Part shown: in pieces, positions 48,998 to 57,216 of the stretch
Position numbering within the stretch: position 1 is the stretch's first letter
Layout: every line of letters starts with the position of its first letter
Assembly (NCBI GenBank): GCA_022711665.1
Contig: JAKLEN010000001.1
Span: 433,179-497,178, forward strand
Source of the DNA: Acidobacteriota bacterium
Lineage (GTDB): Bacteria; Acidobacteriota; Aminicenantia; Aminicenantales; Saccharicenantaceae
Reading direction: 5' to 3'
Length of the DNA stretch: 64,000 nucleotides
Made by a program: the position numbers and the translations under genes
Notes under the pieces: model-generated
What the model was told of the DNA's origin: nothing
Databases searched by the model: none
What the model saw: the letters and a program-made list of their open reading frames with translations, nothing else

Positions 48998-50028
48998 TTG
49001 GCCCCGAATTGCCTGAGGAACCTCAGGTCGTTCTCGTAGAAGTAGCGCATCTCGGGGATGCCGAAGGCGAACATGGCCGTCCGGTCGACGCCCAGGCCGA
49101 AGGCCCAGCCCGAGTACTTTTCCGGATCGATGTTGACGTTCTTGAGGACCTGGGGATCGACCATGCCCGAGCCCAGGATCTCCTTCCAGCCGGTGCCGCC
49201 GCAGACGCGGCAGTCCGGGTCGCGGCCCGAGCAGACAAGGCACTCGATGTCCACCTCGGCCGAGGGCTCGGTGAAGGGGAAATAACTGGGCCGGAAGCGG
49301 ACCTTGACCTTCTCGCCGAAGAGGGCCCGCAGGAAGTGCTCGAGCGTGCCCTTGAGGTTGGCGAAGGTGACGCCCTGGTCGACGACCAGCCCCTCGACCT
49401 GCAGGAACATCGGCAGGTGGGTCGGGTCGGGCGTCTCGCGGCGGAAGACCCGGCCGGGGCAGATGATGCGGATGGGGGGCTTCGTCCGCTCCATGACCCG
49501 GACCTGGACGGGCGAGGTGTGGGTCCGCAGCAGCAGGTCGCCCTTGATGAAAAGCGTGTCCCACTTGTCCCGGGCCGGATGGTGCGGCGGGAAGTTCAGG
49601 GCCTCGAAGTTGTAGTAATCGGTCTCGATCTCGGGGCCTTCCTCGATGGCGAAGCCCATGCTCAGGAAGATCCGCTCGATCTCCTCCTGGAACAGGGTCA
49701 GGGGATGGGGCCGGCCGACATAGCGCTGGCGGCCGGGCAGGGTCAGGTCGATCTCCCGGGCCGGGCGGACGGCCATCAGGGCCCCGTTCTCGAGGGCCTG
49801 GAGGCGGTCGACGACGGCCACCTTGAGCTCGTTGACGAGCCGGCCGGCCTCGCGCTTCTCCTCCGCCGGGGCGGACTTCAGCTCCTCGAAGAGAAGCATG
49901 ATCCGGCCCCTCTTGCGGCCCAGGAAGGCGGTTCTAAGCTCCTCGACGGATTTGGCGTCGCCCGCCTGCGGCGCGGCCTCCTCGAACGCCTTCCGGACCT
50001 CTTCGATCCGGTCCTTCAGCGTGGCCAT
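48994..50028 (-). CDS. pheS: Phenylalanine--tRNA ligase alpha subunit
   Basis: 344 aa. Class II motifs (HPARDKWDTLF, LRTHTSPVQVR, GRVFRRE, FPFTEPSAEVD, GWAFGLGVDRTAM). Confidence 0.97.
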   Translation of the reverse strand: MATLKDRIEEVRKAFEEAAPQAGDAKSVEELRTAFLGRKRGRIMLLFEELKSAPAEEKREAGRLVNELKVAVVDRLQALENGALMAVRPAREIDLTLPGRQRYVGRPHPLTLFQEEIERIFLSMGFAIEEGPEIETDYYNFEALNFPPHHPARDKWDTLFIKGDLLLRTHTSPVQVRVMERTKPPIRIICPGRVFRRETPDPTHLPMFLQVEGLVVDQGVTFANLKGTLEHFLRALFGEKVKVRFRPSYFPFTEPSAEVDIECLVCSGRDPDCRVCGGTGWKEILGSGMVDPQVLKNVNIDPEKYSGWAFGLGVDRTAMFAFGIPEMRYFYENDLRFLRQFGAK

Positions 50029-50041
50029 CGGCGGCAGGATG

Positions 50042-50398
50042 CTAGGCCGCCGGGGTCTTCGTCATCCGGACCAGGTGGGCGAACGTCTCGGGGGCATGGA
50101 CAGCCAGGTCGGCCAGGACCTTGCGGTCCAGGGCCACGCCGAGGGTCTTCAGGCCGCTCATGAAACGGCTGTAGGACGTGCCGTTGGCCACGGCCCCGGC
50201 CTTGATGCGGACGATCCAGAGGCTGCGGAAGTCGCGCTTTTTGGCCCGCCGGTCGCGGTAGGCGTAGAGCAGTGATTTCTCGACCGCTTCCTTGGCGGTC
50301 CGGTAGTTGCGGCTCTTGGCGCCGAAGTAGCCCTTGGCCCGGGCCAGGACCTTCCTCCGGCGGTCGCGCCGGTTGGTGCTGCGTTTGACGCGTGGCAT
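50042..50398 (-). CDS. rplT: 50S ribosomal protein L20
   Basis: 118 aa: MPRVKRSTNRRDRRRKVLARAKGYFGAKSRNYRTAKEAV... Confidence 0.97.
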   Translation of the reverse strand: MPRVKRSTNRRDRRRKVLARAKGYFGAKSRNYRTAKEAVEKSLLYAYRDRRAKKRDFRSLWIVRIKAGAVANGTSYSRFMSGLKTLGVALDRKVLADLAVHAPETFAHLVRMTKTPAA

Positions 50399-50424
50399 GG
50401 GGATCTCCTAGTTCTCGAAGACGA

Positions 50425-50625
50425 TCACAGGTCGTACGGGAGCATGGTCTTGAGGGCCTTGCGGTCGGCCGCGCTGGCCTCCGACGCTTTCCCGAGGTGG
50501 CGTTTGCGCTTGGAGGCCTTCTTGGTCAGGATGTGCTTCCTATTCGCCTGGGCGTGCAGGAGCTTTTTCTTGGCCGTGACCTTGAACCTCTTTTGCGCTC
50601 CCTTGTGGGTTTTTAACTTTGGCAT
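50425..50625 (-). CDS. rpmI: 50S ribosomal protein L35
   Basis: 66 aa: [36 protein letters not shown]..., with an AGGAGG SD upstream. Confidence 0.95.
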   Translation of the reverse strand: MPKLKTHKGAQKRFKVTAKKKLLHAQANRKHILTKKASKRKRHLGKASEASAADRKALKTMLPYDL

Positions 50626-51181
50626 CTTTTCCTCCTACTTTGGTGGGGACCAGCAGGGCCGACACGGCCCAGTCCATCTTCCGGGCCGAGCCGTCCTGGA
50701 CGGCCATGTCCTTGACGTCGCCGAGGACCCGGTCCAGGACCTGCTGCCCGAGCTCCGGCTTCTGCTTCTCGCGGCCGCGCAGCATGACCGTGATCTTGAC
50801 CTTGTTGCCTTCCCCGAGGAAGCGCTTGACGTGCTTCATCTTGAAGTCGTAGTCGTGGACGCTTATCTTGGGGCGGAACTTGATCTCCTTGATCTGGATC
50901 TGCTTCTGGTGCTTCTTGGCCTCGTGGTCCTTCTTGTGCTCTTCGTACAGGAACTTGCCGTAATCCGTGATCTTGCAGACCGGCGGATCGGCCGACGGCG
51001 CGATCTCGACGAGGTCGAGGCCGCGGTCCCGGGCCATCTGGACGGCCTGGGCCGTGGGCAGGACGCCCAGGGCCTGCCGGTTCTCGTCGATGACCCGCAC
51101 CTCGCGGGCGAGGATCATCTCGTTCGTCCGGTGGGGCTTGGCCTTGGCGACCGCGGGATAGAAACCGTGTCTCTTGAAAAT
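50540..51181 (-). CDS. infC: Translation initiation factor IF-3 (AUU start)
   Basis: The frame of ORF 50540..51118 extends upstream to ATT 51181-51179. That codon sits 7 nt after AGGAGG (51194-51189) and 13 nt after the thrS stop. It encodes (M)[39 protein letters not shown]... plus the IF3 C-domain. The ORF track misses the ATT start. Confidence 0.9.
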   Translation of the reverse strand: MFKRHGFYPAVAKAKPHRTNEMILAREVRVIDENRQALGVLPTAQAVQMARDRGLDLVEIAPSADPPVCKITDYGKFLYEEHKKDHEAKKHQKQIQIKEIKFRPKISVHDYDFKMKHVKRFLGEGNKVKITVMLRGREKQKPELGQQVLDRVLGDVKDMAVQDGSARKMDWAVSALLVPTKVGGKDAKVKNPQGSAKEVQGHGQEKAPARPGE

Positions 51182-51194
51182 GGGTGGTCCTCCT

Positions 51195-52955
<1,761 letters not shown>

Positions 52956-52990
52956 CCTCGTGTGCAGTCCCTCGAGAGGGCGGGTGATCG

Positions 52991-53065
52991 TGGTAGGCGC
53001 GGAGGGGATTGAACCCACGGCCTCTTCCGTGTCAGGGAAGCGCTCTCCCACTGAGCTACGCGCCT
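52991..53065 (-). tRNA. tRNA-Val (anticodon GAC), CCA encoded
   Basis: Reverse complement: AGGCGCG-TA-GCTC-AGTGGGA-GAGC-G-CTTCC-CTGACAC-GGAAG-AGGCC-GTGGG-TTCAATC-CCCTC-CGCGCCT-A-CCA. This folds as a 75-nt cloverleaf with a 7-bp acceptor stem and a GTTCAATC T-loop. There is one U-U mismatch in the T-stem. Confidence 0.9.
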
Positions 53066-53090
53066 AACAGCCGTTCTCTAAAGCCGTTCT

Positions 53091-53119
53091 ATATTAAGCA
53101 AATCGGGGGTAACTGTCAA
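53091..53119 (-). promoter_or_regulatory. Putative sigma70-type promoter of the tRNA-Val/thrS array
   Basis: On the minus strand a perfect TTGACA (53119-53114), a 17-nt spacer, then TAATAT (53096-53091). The tRNA 5' end lies 25 nt downstream of the -10 box. Confidence 0.5.
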
Positions 53120-53173
53120 TATTCCGCGCGGCCGCCCTGGCCGGAGTACCAAAAAAAGGGGCCGGCGGCGGCG

Positions 53174-53196
53174 GGAATCGCGATTCCTGGTATAAT
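53174..53196 (+). promoter_or_regulatory. Extended -10 element preceded by a perfect 14-nt palindrome (operator candidate)
   Basis: GGAATCGCGATTCC (53174-53187) directly abuts TGGTATAAT (53188-53196). ATG 53209 is 12 nt downstream, with no SD. Confidence 0.4.
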
Positions 53197-53208
53197 CGGG
53201 CCGAAGCC

Positions 53209-53691
53209 ATGATCGGCATCCTGTCCGACTCGCACGACAACCTGACCCGGGTCCGGGAGGCGGTCCGCCTGTTCAACGACGCCGGGTGCGACCTGGTCAT
53301 CCACGCCGGGGATTTCGTGGCCCCCTTCGCCGTCGAGGAGCTGCGGAACCTGAAAGCCCCCGTCAAGGCCGTCTACGGCAACTGTGACGGGGAGCGGGCC
53401 GGCCTGGCCCGGGCCTTCCAGGGGATCGGCGAGATCGGGGACGCGCCGCTGGCCTTCGTCCACGCCGGCCTGCGCTTCGTCGTCTGCCACCTGGACTCGG
53501 CCGGCGCGCTCCTGGCCGCCCGGAAGGCCGGCGACATCGTCGTCTTCGGCCATAGCCACCGGGCCCTGGTCGAGAGCCGGGACGGCGTTCTCGTGGTCAA
53601 CCCCGGCGAGACCGGGGGCTGGCTCCGGGGGAAGAGCACCGTCGCCCTTCTCGACCCGGCCGGACGGACGGCCGAGATCGTCACCCTCTAG
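53209..53691 (+). CDS. YfcE/MJ0936-family metallophosphoesterase
   Basis: 160 aa. Motifs ILSDSHDN, IHAGDF, YGNCDGE, GHSH and VVNPGE. Confidence 0.85.
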   Translation: MIGILSDSHDNLTRVREAVRLFNDAGCDLVIHAGDFVAPFAVEELRNLKAPVKAVYGNCDGERAGLARAFQGIGEIGDAPLAFVHAGLRFVVCHLDSAGALLAARKAGDIVVFGHSHRALVESRDGVLVVNPGETGGWLRGKSTVALLDPAGRTAEIVTL

Positions 53692-53912
53692 AGGACCGCC
53701 ATGCCGCATCCCGTCAACCGCCGCCAGAAACCCGCCTGGAAACAGCCCCGCCGGCCGCCGTCCCCGCCCCGGGTCCAGGGAGGGGTCGGCCGGCCCTCGC
53801 CCGGCCGGAAGATCACGCCGGCCCGGAAGCCCGGATAAAAGCGCCTTTTGGAGGGGCGCCCCCCCGGGCGGGAGGCCCTCCGGCGCCCGGCCGGAGATGG
53901 CGCCTCCTTATA

Positions 53913-53941
53913 TTGATTTAAAACCTTATCTCGGCTATACT
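53913..53941 (+). promoter_or_regulatory. Putative sigma70-type promoter of the cDPG-synthetase-like/arcC/argF cluster
   Basis: TTGATT (53913-53918), a 17-nt spacer, then TATACT (53936-53941), in a sharply AT-rich island. It is followed by a ~70-nt AT-rich leader ending in AAAGGAGA. Confidence 0.5.
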
Positions 53942-54018
53942 TAGGATTCGTTTTTTCTAAAACTGAAGATGTCCGCATTTTTGGATGGAGAAGTTTTTCC
54001 CGTGAAAGGAGAATGTGC

Positions 54019-55323
54019 ATGAAAAAAGTCCTGATCCTCGGCGCCGCCGGGCGCGACTTCCACAATTTCAACACGTACTTTCGCGACAACCCCGACTACC
54101 GGGTCGTCGCCTTCACGGCCACGCAGATCCCCGACATCGAGGGTCGCAAGTACCCGGCAGCCCTGGCCGGCAAGCTCTATCCTAAAGGCATCCCCATCGA
54201 GGCCGAGGCCGAGATGGACAGGCTCATCGCCGACTACAAGGTCGACGACGTCCACCTGGCCTACAGCGACCTGCCTTACCAGTATGTCATGAACAAGGCC
54301 GCCCAGGTCCAGGCCGCGGGGGCCAACTTCGTCCTGCTCGGCCCCAACGACACCATGATAAAAAGCCGCAAGCCCGTCGTCTCGGTCTGCGCCGTCCGGA
54401 CGGGTTCGGGCAAGAGCCAGACCAGCCGGCGGGTCGCCGAGATCCTCCGGGCCAAGGGCCGCCGGGTCGCGGCCATCCGCCACCCCATGCCCTACGGCGA
54501 CCTGGTCAAGCAGAAGGTCCAGCGCTTCGCCACGTACGCCGACCTCGACAAGCACGAATGCACGATCGAGGAGCGCGAGGAGTACGAACCCCATATCGAC
54601 AAGGGCATCATCGTCTACGCCGGCGTCGACTACGGGGCCATCCTCCGCCAGGCCGAGAAGGAAGCCGACGTCATCCTCTGGGACGGCGGCAACAACGACT
54701 TCCCCTTCTACAAGTCCGACCTCGAGATCGTCGTCGCCGACCCGCACCGGGCCGGGCACGAGCTCTCCTACTATCCCGGCGAGACCAATTTCCGCCGGGC
54801 CAAGGTCATCGTCGTCAACAAGATGGACACGGCCACGCCGGAGGGCATCGCCACCGTCCTGGCCAACGCCAAGAAGGTTAACCCCAAGGCCAAGATCATC
54901 AAGGCCAACTCCCCGGCCATCGTCAAGGACGGCGGCCGCATCGCCGGCAAGCGCGTCCTGGTCATCGAGGACGGCCCGACCCTGACCCACGGCGGCATGA
55001 AGTACGGCATCGGCATTGTCGCGGCCAGGAAGTACGGCGCGGCCGAGATCGTCGATCCCCGCCCCTACGCCGTCGCTTCGATCCGGAAGACCTTCGAGAA
55101 ATACAACCATCTCGACAACGTCCTGCCGGCCATGGGCTACGGCGACAAGCAGTGCCGCGACCTGGCGGCCACGATCGAGAAGATCCCCTGCGACCTCGTC
55201 GTCAGCGGCACGCCCATCGACATCACCCGGGTCATCAAGGTCTCCAAGCCCATCCTCCGCGTCGGCTATGAGCTCGAGGAGATCGGCAGCCCGAATCTGA
55301 AGGACGTCCTGAAGAATTTCTGA
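54019..55323 (+). CDS. P-loop NTPase of the cyclic 2,3-diphosphoglycerate synthetase-like ('predicted GTPase') family
   Basis: ORF 54013..55323. I prefer ATG 54019 (MKKVLILGAAGRDFHNF), 7 nt after GGAG. Walker A is VRTGSGKSQTS and a Walker-B-like segment is VILWDGGNND. The overall sequence matches what I remember of bacterial cDPGS-like proteins (I believe COG2403). Confidence 0.75.
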   Translation: MKKVLILGAAGRDFHNFNTYFRDNPDYRVVAFTATQIPDIEGRKYPAALAGKLYPKGIPIEAEAEMDRLIADYKVDDVHLAYSDLPYQYVMNKAAQVQAAGANFVLLGPNDTMIKSRKPVVSVCAVRTGSGKSQTSRRVAEILRAKGRRVAAIRHPMPYGDLVKQKVQRFATYADLDKHECTIEEREEYEPHIDKGIIVYAGVDYGAILRQAEKEADVILWDGGNNDFPFYKSDLEIVVADPHRAGHELSYYPGETNFRRAKVIVVNKMDTATPEGIATVLANAKKVNPKAKIIKANSPAIVKDGGRIAGKRVLVIEDGPTLTHGGMKYGIGIVAARKYGAAEIVDPRPYAVASIRKTFEKYNHLDNVLPAMGYGDKQCRDLAATIEKIPCDLVVSGTPIDITRVIKVSKPILRVGYELEEIGSPNLKDVLKNF

Positions 55324-55329
55324 GAACCG

Positions 55330-56280
55330 ATGAGACCGAAGATCGCCCTCGTCGCCTTCGGCGGCAACGCCATGCTGCCCGACAGCCAGAAAGGCCTGCA
55401 GTCGGAGCAGATGCGCAACGCCGCCCGGGCGGCCGAGCTCATGGTCCACATCGTCCGCAAGGGCTATGAGCTCATCATCGTCCACGGCAACGGGCCGCAG
55501 GTCGGGAACCTCCTCATCCAGATGGAAGAGGCGGCCAACAAGATCCCGCCCTACTCGCTCGACGTCTGCGACGCCATGACCGAGGGCAGCATGGGCTTCA
55601 TGCTCGAACGGGCCCTGGTCAACGAGCTGAGGCGGCGCTCCATCGACAAGGAGGTCGCCTCGCTCGTCTCCCAGGTCGTCGTCGACCGGGAGGACCCGGC
55701 CTTCGCCCACCCGACCAAGCCCGTCGGCCCGTTCTATTCGAAGTTCCGGGGCGAGCAGCTGGCCCGGGAAAAGGGCTGGACCATGGTCGAGGACGCCGGC
55801 CGCGGCTACCGCAAGGTCGTGCCCTCGCCCCGGCCCATCGACGTCGTCCCCAAGGGCATCATCAGCCAGCTCGTCGAGTCCGGCCGCCTGGTCGTCGCCG
55901 CGGGCGGCGGGGGCATCCCGGTCATCATCAACGGCAACGGCCTCTTCGAAGGAGTCGAGGCCGTCATCGACAAGGACTACGCCGCGAGCCTGCTCGCGCG
56001 CGAGGTCAAAGCCGACCTGTTCATCATTTTGACCGCCATCGAGCGCGTCTATATCGATTACGGCAAGCCCGGCCAGCGCGAGGCCCCGGTCCTGACCGTG
56101 GACGAGGCCCGCCGGCATCTGGCCGACGGCCAGTTCCCGGCGGGGTCGATGGGCCCCAAGATCCGGGCCGCCGTCGAGTACATCGAGGCGGGCGGCCGCG
56201 AGGTCCTGATAACCAAGGACACCCATCTCAAGGCCGCCCTGATCAACCGGTCCGGAACCCGGATCGTGGCCGCGTCTTAG
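55330..56280 (+). CDS. arcC: Carbamate kinase
   Basis: 316 aa. Motifs ALVAFGGNAM, VHGNGPQVG, AGGGGIPV and DKDYAAS..., i.e. the amino-acid-kinase fold of the carbamate kinase type. Confidence 0.92.
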   Translation: MRPKIALVAFGGNAMLPDSQKGLQSEQMRNAARAAELMVHIVRKGYELIIVHGNGPQVGNLLIQMEEAANKIPPYSLDVCDAMTEGSMGFMLERALVNELRRRSIDKEVASLVSQVVVDREDPAFAHPTKPVGPFYSKFRGEQLAREKGWTMVEDAGRGYRKVVPSPRPIDVVPKGIISQLVESGRLVVAAGGGGIPVIINGNGLFEGVEAVIDKDYAASLLAREVKADLFIILTAIERVYIDYGKPGQREAPVLTVDEARRHLADGQFPAGSMGPKIRAAVEYIEAGGREVLITKDTHLKAALINRSGTRIVAAS

Positions 56281-56291
56281 GAGGAACCGCG

Positions 56292-57215
56292 ATGCAGAAA
56301 GATTTCCTGTCCATCCGCGACTTGAGCGTGTACGAGTTCGGCCAGATGCTGGACAAGGCCGCCGAGGTCAAGAAACATCCGGCCAAGTATCGCCGGGCCC
56401 TCAAGGGCAAGATCCTGGCCATGATCTTCCAGAAGCCGTCCCTGCGCACGCGGATGACCTTCGAGACGGGCATGCTCCGGCTGGGCGGCGAGGCCATCTA
56501 CCTGGCCCCGTCCGACATCTCCCTGGGCAGCCGCGAGGGCGCCTTCGACATCGGCAAGAACCTCGAGCGCTGGGTCGACGGCATCATGATCCGGACCTTC
56601 GGCCACCAGATCGCGGTCGACCTGGCCGCGGCCGCCCGCATCCCGGTCATCAACGCTCTGACCGACCTCTCGCATCCCTGCCAGGCCATGGCCGACTTCC
56701 TGACCCTGCGGGAGCACAAGGGCGCCCTTTCCACCCTCAAGCTGACCTACGTCGGCGACGGCAACAACGTCTGCCACAGCCTCATGCTGGCGGCCGCCCG
56801 CGGCGGCACCAGGATGGCCGTGGCCACGCCCCCCGGCTACGAGCCGAAGGCGGAGGTCGTCGCCGCGGCCCGCCAGGACGGCCGGGACACCGGCTTCGAG
56901 CTGACCCTGACCAGCTCGCCCGAGGAGGCCGTGGCCGGCGCCGACGCCGTCTACACCGACGTCTGGGCCTCCATGGGCCAGGAGTCGGAGAAGGAGGCCC
57001 GGGCCCGCATCTTCGCTCCCTACCAGGTCAACGCCAAGCTCATGGCCCAAGCCAAGCCGGGCGCCCTGTTCCTGCACTGCCTGCCGGCCCACCGCGGCGA
57101 CGAGGTCACCGACGAGGTCATCGACGCGCCGTACTCCGTCGTCTACGACGAGGCCGAGAACCGCCTCCATGCCCAGAAGGCCATCCTCATCGCGCTCATG
57201 GGGGACAAGGACTGA
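56292..57215 (+). CDS. argF: Ornithine carbamoyltransferase
   Basis: 307 aa. Motifs SLRTR, HPCQ, DVWASMG and HCLPAHRGDEV. An AGGAGG SD lies upstream. Confidence 0.92.
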   Translation: MQKDFLSIRDLSVYEFGQMLDKAAEVKKHPAKYRRALKGKILAMIFQKPSLRTRMTFETGMLRLGGEAIYLAPSDISLGSREGAFDIGKNLERWVDGIMIRTFGHQIAVDLAAAARIPVINALTDLSHPCQAMADFLTLREHKGALSTLKLTYVGDGNNVCHSLMLAAARGGTRMAVATPPGYEPKAEVVAAARQDGRDTGFELTLTSSPEEAVAGADAVYTDVWASMGQESEKEARARIFAPYQVNAKLMAQAKPGALFLHCLPAHRGDEVTDEVIDAPYSVVYDEAENRLHAQKAILIALMGDKD

Positions 57216-57216
57216 T

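Noticed and set aside
52956-52990. A T-box leader or ThrRS operator-like structure upstream of thrS.
   Set aside because: The spacer between tRNA-Val and the thrS ATG is 35 nt. It contains only a short CTCGAG-centred palindrome, which is insufficient for either element.
53688-54089. A 133-aa minus-strand ORF across the AT-rich promoter island upstream of the cDPGS-like gene.
   Set aside because: It has no SD and an implausible composition. It overlaps the start of a well-supported plus-strand gene and its promoter.
55330-57215. Calling arcC plus argF a complete arginine deiminase pathway.
   Set aside because: No arginine deiminase or arginine/ornithine antiporter gene is present in the window. 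OTCase sequence alone does not distinguish anabolic from catabolic enzymes.
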